A stretch of DNA of 24,666 nt from Octopus sinensis (GCF_006345805.1 NW_021836268.1:1-24666), one strand, 5' to 3'; positions 9,485 to 20,945 are shown, counted from the stretch's first letter. Made by a program: numbers and translations. Notes: generated by a model from the letters alone, not told the origin.

Positions 9485-9840
9485 GATACATGCATACATA
9501 CATACATACATAATTATGTTTATAATTATACCATATTTTAAATATATATTATATCATGCCTTGACACTGTGTGGAGTAAGATCCCCGTTGACAGGCCCCT
9601 GGTATTTATAGAGTGTTAAACACTTTCGGTATGGAAATTAGGGACCCTTTATAGAGTTACTGCTGCATTTGTTGAGTATATAAACAGTTTGGCTGCTTTT
9701 TGCTCTGGGGACTGTCAGAATGATGTAGATGCCTCTGCTGAGAACCCAATAAGGTTTGAAAATCAATTAAGGCTATTTATCATTTTTTGCCCTGTTTATA
9801 ATTATACCATATGTGATATATATATATATATATATGTACC

Positions 9841-9921
<81 letters not shown>

Positions 9922-10099
9922 GCGCACGAATATATGACAAATGCATAATAAAAAGGGGAATATATGAAACAGAAAGAACGTAATATATGAGATAAATATA
10001 ATGCAGACTTATTGGTCTTTATGGTTTGATGTCGAATGACACTATGGCCATCTTTTCTTTCTCTCGGTGTCGGTTAAATAAAATAGCAGCCGAGAGCAT

Positions 10100-10320
10100 T
10101 GGAAATTCAGAACTGGTAGAAGTATTGGATAAAAGGCGTTTTCGTACTTGTTTTGATCTTTAGGTTCTGAGTTCGAATTCAGCTACAGTCACTCTTTCGG
10201 AGACGATTAAATAAATCAGTAATCGAGAGCACTGGATTTCCCAGACTGTCAGAACGTTGGACAAAATACCATTCGGTATTTGTTTTGGCTCTTTATGTTC
10301 TGAGTTCGAATTCCGTTATG
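10100..10320 (+). mobile_element. Two degraded SINE B-like fragments
   Basis: GTTCTGAGTTCGAATTC at ~10166 and ~10297, each with upstream CAGAAC...TTGGA.A.AA motifs. Confidence 0.55.
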
Positions 10321-10584
10321 GACATATTCTCCTGGGGTAGATTTGCAGAGCTGTTAAATCGTTCGACAAGATACCTCACATTATATTTGTGGTACTTCAC
10401 ATTCTCGAGAACTGTGACAGAGGAAGTGAAGATGTTTATAACAAAACGACAAATAGAATCTGACCGAAATACCCGCAGACAGGCCACAAAAAAGATCCTA
10501 GAAGAAATGCTGCTAAGCATTTTCTTCGATGCACTAAGGATTCAGCCAACTCGTTGCCATCAATATGGCGAATAATGTCCCAAA

Positions 10585-10797
10585 TATTGGTTTCAAATTT
10601 TAGCACAAGGCCAGCAATGTTGTGGGGAGGAGGTAAGTCGATTATATCCTCTCCAGTGCTTGACTGAAACTTATTTTATAGATCCTGAAAAAATGAAACG
10701 CAGTCAATTTCGGGAGGATTTGAACTCCAAACGGAAAGACGGACGAAATGCTGCTCCGCAATTCGCTCTGCGTGCTAACGATTCTGCCAGGTTGCCA
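10585..10797 (-). mobile_element. SINE family B, degenerate
   Basis: GTTTCAAATTTTAGCACAAGGCCAGCAA...GCTAACGATTCTGCCAG is the reverse complement of the B head and tail. Confidence 0.75.
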
Positions 10798-11083
10798 TCA
10801 TAGTCAACGGAAAAAAGGAACCCGCCATTGTGGTCTTCCATGAAAATGGCTTCTTGTGCATATAATGCAAAGTCATCAGGAACGGTTTGTCTATCTAACT
10901 GTGCAGGAAGTCCAATGTCATAAGAGTTTTTTTTGTTTTAGCTTTTGTGAAAAGCATTAATTAATTAATCAGATCGATTCGTGGCTGGATTTCTGATAAA
11001 AAGAAAAAAAAGGAAAAAAAAAACAAAACAAAACGAAATGCTATCAATCAGTTTGATCGCTTTTTAAAGACTGTTTTGCTACT

Positions 11084-11104
11084 TTGTCGTCGTCGTCGTC
11101 GTCG

Positions 11105-11175
<71 letters not shown>

Positions 11176-11359
11176 TTCTTCTTCTTCTTCTTCTTCTTCT
11201 TCATCATCATCATCATCATCATCTTCTTCTTCATCATCATCATCGTCGTCGTCGTCGTCGTCATCATCATCATCATCATCATCATCATCTACTTCATTAT
11301 CATCATCGTCGTCGTCGTTGTCATCATCATCTTCTTCTTTATCATCATCATCATCATCA

Positions 11360-11390
<31 letters not shown>

Positions 11391-11466
11391 CATCATCATC
11401 ATCATCATCATCATCTTCATCATCACCATCAACTTCTTCTTTATCATCATCATCATCATCATCGTC
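11084..11466 (+). repeat. Compound (TCG)/(TCA)/(TCT) trinucleotide microsatellite
   Basis: Direct reading. Confidence 0.95.
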
Positions 11467-11469
11467 ATA

Positions 11470-11725
11470 AACTCCTGGTCATTACCCCTCGACTCCTAGG
11501 ACTCATAGGTCCGGCTACCCGGTTTCCACAGTGCTTAAGTGACCGACATTCCTTCAGGACAAGACGCCATTTTGTTGCAGGGTTACTCATTTACAGTTGA
11601 GTAGAATGCAGCAATGTGAAATGCAGTTTTTTGCTCAAGAACAAACTGCACCGCTCGACCCGAGAATCAAAACATGATCACCTGATCCTGAGTGGAACAC
11701 ACTTACACTAGGCCGCGTGCCTTCA
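11470..11725 (-). mobile_element. SINE with C-type head and core, distinct tail
   Basis: Minus strand: TGAAGGCACGCGGCCTAGTG...TTCTTGAGCAAAAAACTGCATTTCAC...CAACTGTAAATGAGT. Confidence 0.75.
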
Positions 11726-11763
11726 TCTTCTCAGTATTTTTCATGAAAGGCATGTAGTCATCA

Positions 11764-11998
11764 GGACAGCGAGCTGGCAGAATCGTTAGAACGCCGGGCG
11801 AGATGCTTAGCAGTATTTCGTCTGCCGTTACGTTCTGAGTTCAAATTCCGCCGAGGTCGACTTTGCCTTTCATCCTTTCGGGGTTGATTAAATAAGTACC
11901 AGTTACGCACTGGGGTCGATATAATCGACTTAATCCGTTTGTCTGTCCTTGTTTGTCCTTTCTGAGTTTAGCCCCTTGTGGGTAGTAAAGAAATAGTT
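11764..11998 (+). mobile_element. Full-length SINE family B with 12-bp TSD
   Basis: ATGTAGTCATCA at 11752-11763 and 11999-12010; B-box-like GAGTTCAAATTCC. Confidence 0.92.
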
Positions 11999-13330
11999 AT
12001 GTAGTCATCACGATAAACTCTGTATTTGGTTGGAATTTTTTTATTGACACTGTAAAGATGAAACTAATGTGTACTCTTGTAGGATTTGAAATCAGAACGA
12101 ATAATGTGGTCAATAGATATTGCAAAATATAAACTTATCATTCTACTGTTTCTGTTGCACAACTGCATTCATTTACCAAATAATTAATGAATCGAGTGCC
12201 ATTACAACATACAGCAATACTGATGGAACTTCATTGTATTTAAAATTCAGCACCGAAAATAGTTTGTTTAGGAAACAATCAGACTGATGTTGAAAGACAT
12301 TAGAGAAGCTGGACAATATTTGGTTGAATTCTTAATATAAATGAACGTCATTAGATTTGAATAGAAAGCAAACGAGAGCAGACCACACGGATAGCTTCTC
12401 CTTAAGTAATGACAGCTTCCTTTTCAAAGATATTCAAAAGGTCGTTTAGCTTTTGTTATTCCGAACATTTGGTTATTATAATGGAGTTAATCATGTCAGT
12501 ATATAAGGAAAAAGCAGTAAAAATAGACTGCATCGAAAGCACATTTTTCAACGGAGAGCAGAAGGTATTCAAACCGAAATTAGAGAATATGGAATTTAGA
12601 TAAAGTTTGGAACAAATATGCCATCTGCTATGATTTATTATTCTACTTGAAGATTAAACTCTGTTTTACAGATGGTTATTTAAAACTGATAAACATAACA
12701 ATCTTTTAGTAGAATTGCCATTATTTTCTAGAATTTCGTTGTTTTTTAAATGGAAATTAAAATTTTCAGTTAAGAGAAAACAAAGAGAGAAAAATAGAAA
12801 GCTTGTGGAATATTTGTTATTTTTCTATTTTTTTGGAATTCCAAGTTTGAAATTGATTGACTTCTGGATGGGGGTGTGTGGAAAAGTTGCTACAAAGCGT
12901 GCGTTCAACTGCGAAGTGATTTATGTTCATAAGAACTCTAGCGCTGGCGGGATAGCCTTCGTCTGATCAATGACTAATGAACTGCAAAAGGCATAGCAAA
13001 ATGGGTGGTAGAAAAAGAAGAATAAGGAGAAGGAGAGAGAGAGAGAAAGAGGGAGAGAGAGATGTGAAGAGGATGTGCAACAAGCCTATTTACATGAAGT
13101 CAAGGAGATGACAGCGAACGTCTGGGAACTGTGATCGAAGCATGTTAATTACTGGGTCTTGGGCTACGATCCCTGGCAATTAAATCTGTCAATCATGTAT
13201 AATACTTCCTCGAATTTCTGTTGGTATTGATTAGCTATTGGCTAAAATCAGTGGTGTAGATTAATGATGAAAAATACCTCAGACTGACATCATCCCATCA
13301 ACATACTTTCAGGGCGATAAAATGTAACTT

Positions 13331-13603
13331 ACGTGATCACGTGATCGAGTTGTTATACATCGCTGTTCACAATGCGCTTAGCTTCTGAATGCTGCTACCC
13401 CGCTGTCTAGTGGAGCAGGCCAAGCATTCCTCCCGATCGGAAAACTAACCCGTTGCAGAGTGACCCATTTACAGCTGAGGGGACTGGAACAAAGTGAAAG
13501 TGTTTTGCTCAAGAACGCAACAGGCAGCCGGTCTGGGAATCGAACGCGATAATGTCACGATCGCGAGTGCAACGTGCCTAACCACTAGGCCAAGTGCCTT
13601 CAC
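13331..13603 (-). mobile_element. SINE with C-type head and core, third tail type
   Basis: Minus strand: GTGAAGGCACTTGGCCTAGTGGTTAGG...GTTCGATTCCCAGACC...CTTGAGCAAAACAC...CAGCTGTAAATGGGT; ends in GTGATCAC repeats. Confidence 0.75.
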
Positions 13604-13801
13604 CTAGGCCACGCGCAAACACAGAACCTATCTAGGGTCCCATCATTCAAAATGCTACTTTTGCTATAGAATGATGTGTGTAATTTCAGAGACATTTCTT
13701 GCAGACCAACTGACCATTCACAGGATCCTTTCTGATCCCAATCCTTCAAGAAAAGTTAAACCATGGAAATATTTTGGTTATATATTAAATATATTACCTT
13801 T

Positions 13802-14004
13802 CCTTTGTTTCAGACATTAGAATGCGGCCATGCTGGAGCTTTGAAGAATTTTCAGTCGAATGAAACAACCCGAGGACACACTATATTTTAAACCTCGGTA
13901 GTTATTGTAACGATCTCTTTTGCCGAGCCGTTAGGTTACAGGGAGGTAACACCAGTTGTCAAGCGATGGTGGTGTACAAAATCAGACGCAAGGACACACC
14001 CATC

Positions 14005-14099
<95 letters not shown>

Positions 14100-14263
14100 G
14101 ACGGGGTTCTTTCAGTTTCTGTCTACCAAATCCACTCACAAGGCCTTGGTCGGCCCGAGGCTATGGTAGAAAACACTTTCCCTAGGTGCCACGAAATGGG
14201 ATTGAACCCCGAACCATGTGGTTGGGAAGCAAGCTTCTTATAACACAGCCACTCCAGCACCTA
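13802..14263 (-). mobile_element. SINE family A, full length, with long internal (CA)n
   Basis: Head AGGTGCTGGAGTGGCTGTG...GGTTCAATCCC; body and tail homologous to 1311-1707. Confidence 0.9.
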
Positions 14264-14899
14264 TTTTACTCTTGTGTTCTTCGGTTTTGAAGCCAAATCT
14301 CCGAACAGAAGGAATTATTTCTCTTGCTTCCATCGGCCTTAAGGGTTTCTTGAATAGGAAGAGGCGTTGACCTTCTAAATTTGAGTTAGCCATGTTGAAA
14401 AAAAAACGTAGAAATAAAAACAAAAAAAATAAAACACGAGAAATCGCGGATAAGCTACATATTGAAGAAAACTTTGATTTGCAGATAGAAATTATAGGAG
14501 GAAGAACAAATTAGATATTATCCGTGGAAACTAAAACAAGGAAATATAGGAAGAAGTACATTAAAACAAAGTTTTAAAGAAATATAGTGAAAACTGAGGA
14601 ATAAATGACAGATTTGAAGTGAATAGAGCAAAACAGTTTAATACAAAGATTCTTTAGATAGGAACGAAGCCATAATTCTTCAAGAAATTGGCCAGACAGC
14701 AATATGTGTTGCTTTCAACACTTTACAACTAGTCTTTAATAGAAATGTTACTGATTGCTGCAAACATTGACAAAGTCTTTAATTATAACGGCGCTAAAAT
14801 TCCACATACCAAAATGGTATTCTATTAAGATGAAATATTTGAAATTGATAAGGTAGGCCTTTCATCTTCAAAGAAACAACCGTGAGCCAAAGAGGAACA

Positions 14900-15071
14900 A
14901 ATACACACATACATGCATATAAATGTGTGTATATATATATATATTATATATATATATATATCTACATACATATACAGCAAAGCAAACGCATATTATAATT
15001 ATGTATACAAATTAATACAATTATATATATGAAACATATGCGTATAATTATTATATGTATAGATATATGCA

Positions 15072-15128
<57 letters not shown>

Positions 15129-15271
15129 ATAATATGTATATAATATATAATATATATATATTATATATATATATATATATATGCATATGTATTATGTATA
15201 GATTTATATAATACATATATGTATGTAAATGTACATATATATACATATATATATATATATATATTATATAT

Positions 15272-15314
<43 letters not shown>

Positions 15315-15951
15315 GCATACACATATACATATATTTACATATACATACGTATACACATATACACATGCCAGTATCTATGTATTCACGTAACAAATTTACA
15401 CCGCTCCCCCTCGTATGACATAAATCAGGAAAGAATATAAGTTTGGTATCCTTATAAGAAAAAATAGTTCTTTTGAGCAAAAGAAATGTGCAGATATCTA
15501 AAATGATGTCAAATCAAAATGCTACATATGTGTATGTGCGTTTGTACGTGTGTGTGTGAATGTGCGCGCGTTTCTTTGTATGTATGTATGTACGTATGTA
15601 TGTATGTATGTATGTATGTATTTATGCATATATGCAAGGGTGAGAGTGTGTGAGTATGTTTGTTTTTGCCTATATATACTTATGTATATTTACGTATATA
15701 AAATATACATACACACATTTAATCATAAACACACACACATTCATGTACATATACTTGTAAAACCCTGTAGAAGTGTCTGTTGTGCATCTGTATAAACTAT
15801 AATTCACGCTCATTGTTCTGTGTATGCTTAAAATCTCTCACTCTGTACGTCGGAATTGAGGAAAATTGCGATCCATGCATTCATCCATCCCCCTCTTCCA
15901 CATATACATATATATATATATATATATACACATATATATACATATATATAT

Positions 15952-16002
<51 letters not shown>

Positions 16003-16230
16003 CACATATATATATACATATATATATACATATATATATACACACATGTATATATACATATATTTGACATCTCTACATTTATACACACATACCCCCCACA
16101 CATATATATAGATAACACTTACTTGGAAGAGGATGCGTGGCGTTCAGTCATATAAATGATATAAATAATATATATATATGCATATATGCATACGTATATG
16201 TACTTTCTTACATCTATGTATGCATATATA
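14900..16230. repeat. Extended (TA)n/(CA)n/(TATG)n microsatellite field
   Basis: Direct reading; interrupted by short unique segments. Confidence 0.9.
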
Positions 16231-16410
16231 TATATGAGATAATGGTGTCAATGAGACCCAAAACTGTCAGGTAATGCTGATTAAGTGCTATAGACAGACC
16301 GTAGTTAAGTTCCAGATTCGGTAATATTGCGAATAAAGTGTTCAACGTTGGTTTTATGTCAGCGTGTGTATATATGGATTTTTGGGTAATGAGATATAAA
16401 AAACAAGGCT

Positions 16411-16606
16411 GTTCATAAATCCGTTTTATTGGCATAATGGTATATATGTGTAATATTCCAAGATACTTTGAGTAAAATCCAAAAGTCCAACGGAGCTTAA
16501 TATGAGTCCATCCAAATGTAAAGTTTATAAGGAATGTAAGATTCTCTATTGTAGTAGCCTCTAATATATATATATAGCATTATGTCTATAAAACGGATTT
16601 ATGAAC
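16411..16606. repeat. ~37-bp inverted repeats around a 122-bp spacer (possible MITE)
   Basis: GTTCATAAATCCGTTTTATTGGCATAATG (16411) versus CATTATGTCTATAAAACGGATTTATGAAC (ending 16606). Confidence 0.75.
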
Positions 16607-16707
16607 TCAATATTCATACATATCTTACATCTATTTTCTTTCCTCCACCTCACTCTCTATTTGTATCACATCGAAACTAACTATGACTTAACTTTTCCTC
16701 TCACACC

Positions 16708-16762
16708 GTCTCCGATGAAGGGTTTTTATTATTAATTAATATTCTAGAAACTGCTGTAAGAC
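16708..16762 (+). ncRNA. Core-mutated hammerhead motif, paralog of 5159-5206
   Basis: GUCU CCGAUGA A GGG...UUCU A GAA ACUGCUGU A AGAC. The downstream flank 16770-16830 is homologous to the reverse complement of 5085-5155. Confidence 0.55.
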
Positions 16763-16865
16763 CTTCTATCTATAAATGCCCTAATATCTATACAGCCTTG
16801 ATTTTTTATCTTATTACGCAAAAATTCATATATATATATATATATGGTCTAGCCATGACCATCTC

Positions 16866-17068
16866 CTGCAAGAATCGTTTGCACACCGGGCCAAATGCTT
16901 AGCGAGTACTTACATTCTGAATTCAAATTCTGCGGAGATCGTTTAGGCAATCCATCATTTTGGGGTCGATAAAATAAGCACCAGCACCAGCTGAGCACTG
17001 CGGATCGCTATAACTACTTATCTCTTATCCCAAGCTTGCTGGCCTTGTGCCAAAATTTGAAACCAATA
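16866..17068 (+). mobile_element. Degenerate SINE family B
   Basis: AGAATCGTTTGCACACCGGGCCAAATGCTTAGCG...TTCTGAATTCAAATTC...GCTGGCCTTGTGCCAAAATTTGAAACC. Confidence 0.8.
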
Positions 17069-17140
17069 AAATCAAGACATAGAATATATATATACATTAT
17101 TTACATTGGACGGACATGTGTCCTCATTCTGTTTGTTGTT

Positions 17141-17187
17141 AACACAACGTTTCGGCTGATTTACTCTCCAGCCTTCATCAGGTGTCC
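17141..17187 (-). ncRNA. Minimal type I hammerhead ribozyme, within Penelope-LTR-like repeat ~17085-17232
   Basis: Minus strand: GGACAC CUGAUGA A GGCUG-GAGAGUAAAU-CAGCC GAA ACGU U GUGUU. Intact core, 5-bp stem II, ACGU palindromic stem III. Confidence 0.75.
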
Positions 17188-17544
17188 TGGTGGAATTTTG
17201 AACCCTACTCTGGCTTCTCATTCCTAAGGTACGTTTTGCTGCTGCTGCTGCTGCTGCTGTTGCTGCTGTTGCTGCTGCTGTTGTTGTTGTTGTTGTTGTT
17301 ATTATTCTTTTGCGATTTCAATTTGCAGATCTTTTCTAGTGAGAAACTTATGGTATTCCTTTCCAGAGACATTTTGATCTTGTGGGACAGACATATCTAT
17401 TAACAGACAAGTTCCTTACTATTATCATCATCATCATTATTATTATTATTATTATCTTAAATGCTTCCATCAGTAGAATAAGTATAATGGCACCAACGTC
17501 CTCGTTCATCATAATCTTGACCAATTATCTTGTGTTTTAGTTAG

Positions 17545-17818
<274 letters not shown>

Positions 17819-18209
17819 GTAGTATAGTATTTGTGATTCTGTAGTTAGAACTGCTACCTCCAATTTTCTTATCAGTAGTAAGCCTATTCTTAATAGCATT
17901 GAAATCGAATATTTCAACTTACACAAACAAAAACAAAAGCGAAGAATACCCCATCGACCCCGACAAAAGGAAAAAATAAAGAAAGAAAGAAAAAATAGAA
18001 GAAATATGTAGAAAAGCAAACCAAAAGAAAACAAGCGAAAAAAAATACAATAAAAAGAAAGTAAAATTCTATTGTCTTCATGTTTTATTCATCTTTCTAA
18101 TTGCAGAGATATCTTTGAATCATTCACGAAACACAAGGAGGCCTTAAAATTCGTCGCATTCTTACAGTCGGAATTCTTGCTAATAACCATAAATAATAGT
18201 TGTACTTAC

Positions 18210-18553
18210 AAAGACATGGCACTCAGATTTGCCTTGACCATTATTTCTATCGATGTCATGGCCAGCAATTTATATTCTGGAATCATTCTTCCAGAAATAG
18301 CTACAGCTCTTCGATTATGAAGCAAAAATCTGCCAGGCATATTAATGTTTCTTTTAAGACAAGTAAAAATATGGCGGAGATTTGGTATAAAACAGTCTAT
18401 TAGTTTTAAAACAGTCCGATTTCTTTGGAAGTACTCAGGAATGTATAAATTTCGCTTGTGTAGCTGTCTTAGTTGGAGAAAATGGTGGTGGGGATGGTGG
18501 TGATGGTGTTGTTGTTGGTGGTGGTGGGGTGATAGCGGGATGGTGGTGGTCAC
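18210..18553 (-). CDS. Candidate coding exon, product unknown
   Basis: Open frame VTTTIPLSPHHHQQQ...LRQLHKRNLYIPEYFQRN...MPGRFLLHNRRAVAISGRMIPEYKLLAM...AMS ends at a canonical GTAAGT donor (18209-18204, phase 2). The acceptor is uncertain (18553, 18467 or 18463). No recognisable domain. Confidence 0.4.
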
Positions 18554-18760
18554 CTGAGATTTTACCGGACATTCATTTATTTTATTGTTCAGTAAATTAT
18601 ATGTATATACGTATACACACACACAGACATAGAACATATACAGACGCATAGCGATATATAGATATTTATGAATATATACATATATACATATGTACACACA
18701 TACACACGTATATATACATGTATACCTTACACCCATATGAATTCATTTACATGTATAAAT

Positions 18761-18800
<40 letters not shown>

Positions 18801-19064
18801 GTATGTATATATGCATATATAGATACATATATATACATACATACATATATATATGTGTGTGTGTGTGTGTGTTTGAGTATGTGTGCGTCATACAGTGTTG
18901 TACAGTTTAAGTATCCTTGAACTTGATTCTAATATTCACTGCCGACAGCTTGATTACTTTGGTTTATTTATTTATTTAGTTATTCAGGCATTTTTGTCCG
19001 ATGCACTCAGTTCATGTGTGTATATGTGTGCATGCGCGCGTCCATGTACATATATAAGCATGTA

Positions 19065-19257
19065 CAGGGTGCAGCACAACTAACGCCCTTTTGCATTCGA
19101 GTTTTCTTATTTCTACGATTTTTTTTTCATTAGTCCATTATTCGTTTGCAATAAATGCAATACATTTGTGTTCAATGAAAAAACATAACTTAATAAACAT
19201 TTATATACTATAAAAAATTATAAAATGCGTAAAGGGCGTTACTTCTGCCGCATTCTT
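19065..19257. mobile_element. Putative Tc1/mariner-type MITE
   Basis: TA|CAGGGTGCAGCACAACTAACGCCCTTT at left; AAAGGGCGTTACTTCTGCCGCATTC at right (degenerate TIR); AT-rich interior. Confidence 0.6.
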
Positions 19258-19515
19258 TGTTTCCAAGCAACACTTTTATTAGGGCTGTTGACACCGCCGG
19301 ATTGAATGGTACTGCTCTGGGGCCGAAACCATAATGATAACCGTGGGGCAGCTGATGATGGAGGCATGTTGGAGTGTTGATGTGGCTGTTTTTGTATATG
19401 TGGATTGATATTACTGGATTGTTGCTATGGCTGTGGAATAGTATTGTAACACATCCTATTAATATATAAATTCATACATACATACATACATACATACATA
19501 CATACATACATACAA

Positions 19516-19596
<81 letters not shown>

Positions 19597-19614
19597 CATA
19601 TATATATGCAATAG

Positions 19615-19925
19615 CATGCATTGGCTCTCATGGCCGCTGATCTTAACTGACCGGAAGTGTTATCATGTACATTGTTTTGTCTTGGTATAAAAGATGCGCT
19701 ACAGCAAATATTCTGTTCAATACCACAGATTTGCTTGTCAGTTGTTTGACCTTAACCAGTTGAGCATGTCCTTTAGTGGCTGATGATATGTGCATCTCTG
19801 ATCACGAGCAGAAGTAGTGAGGTAGCATCGTAGCCATGTGTTGAGAGGAATTCTTTGGGGTTTTGATAATTCACCTCTGGAAAAATGGGGGTTTTGTTAA
19901 CATGCTTAAACAGCCCTTATTAGGG
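19615..19925 (+). repeat. Unclassified interspersed repeat; partial second copy at 23516-23588
   Basis: TGTTATCATGTACATTGTTTTGTCTTGGTATAAAAGATG...AATACCACAGATT is present at both sites. Confidence 0.75.
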
Positions 19926-20030
19926 TACATTTTGAGTGGGCTGGGCTACTAGACCTGAAGAAAAATCTAACCGGGCCCACTTTAATGGCATGCCCTGCTC
20001 TCTCACTCACTGAATAAAATGATAATGATG

Positions 20031-20106
<76 letters not shown>

Positions 20107-20139
20107 TAATAATAATAACAATAATCCTTATACTATATT

Positions 20140-20296
20140 TACAGGCCCTGAAATTGTGTGGGAGGACCAGGTCTATTACATCGACCCCAGTGCTCACCTG
20201 GTGCTTATTTCAGCGATGTGAAAGGATGAAAGGTAATGTCGACATTGGCGGAATTTGAACTCGCCGCTAAGCATTTGGCCCTGGCGTGCTAATACA
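20140..20296 (-). mobile_element. Internally deleted SINE family B between (TAA)n tracts
   Basis: ATCGACCCCAGTGC...AAAGGATGAAAGG...GGCGGAATTTGAACTC...GCTAAGCATTT. Confidence 0.75.
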
Positions 20297-20311
20297 ATAA
20301 TAATAATAATG

Positions 20312-20371
<60 letters not shown>

Positions 20372-20885
20372 TTCAGACAAAGAACATGCCTCCTCATTGA
20401 TATGACTGTCCCAATCGATATAAACGTATCTGTCAAGACCTACCAAAAACTGAGCAAATATAAAGATCTTGAAATAGAAATCAGCAAAATGTGGAAGTTG
20501 AAGACTAAAACAATACCTGTTGTCATAGGTGCCCTGGGAATGATAGCGAAAGGGACTGATTGCTACCTAACTCAGATACCAGGAAACCCCAAAATGGTAG
20601 AAATTCAAAAGATAGTGCTGATGGGAACTGCTCATATCCTACGCAAAATACTCTCTATGTAATCCCAAGGTTTAAAACAAAAGTTTAAAAAATTTTTTTT
20701 AATTTTTAAATTTTTAAATTTTTTTTATTATGTATTAGACATTCAGTAGTACAACACAAAAAACCCCCCAAATATATGGCACACTAGGCATAACAACAAC
20801 GTGAACTTCCAACCTGTTGTCTCTTGAGGTCTCTGGGTGAGATTTGGAGCCAACTTGTACAGACATAAAGCAAAAGTCAAACATA

Positions 20886-20886
<1 letters not shown>
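20372..20886 (+). mobile_element. 5'-truncated R4/Dong-type RLE LINE (end of endonuclease domain plus 3' UTR)
   Basis: CLLIDMTVPIDINVSVKTYQKLSKYKDLEIEISKMW...IPVVIGALG...GTAHILRKILSM* (20372-20662); flanked by (TAA)n on both sides. Confidence 0.85.

Positions 20887-20945
<59 letters not shown>

Noticed and set aside
10838-10886. CUGAUGA followed by a hairpin on the minus strand
   Set aside because: GAAG instead of GAAA and no stem III or stem I; not a hammerhead.
11076-11600. Poly-His, poly-Ser and poly-Met ORFs
   Set aside because: Translation of a trinucleotide microsatellite; no splice or coding evidence.
12409-12603. 64-aa ORF in unique sequence
   Set aside because: No domain, weak splice signals; expected by chance.
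13331-13346. Overlapping palindromes with E-box TCACGTGA
   Set aside because: Lies at the 3' terminus of a SINE (GTGATCAC repeats), so probably repeat-derived.
13671-13820. Short open frame ETFLADQLTIHRILSDPNPSRKVKPWKYF after TTTCAG
   Set aside because: No convincing donor, and an equally plausible frame exists on the other strand.
14962-16155. Many IY/CV-repeat ORFs
   Set aside because: Artefacts of stop-free dinucleotide repeats. The same applies to the poly-Ile/Leu/Tyr ORFs at 4185, 17182, 20003-20436, 20735 and 23216-23730.
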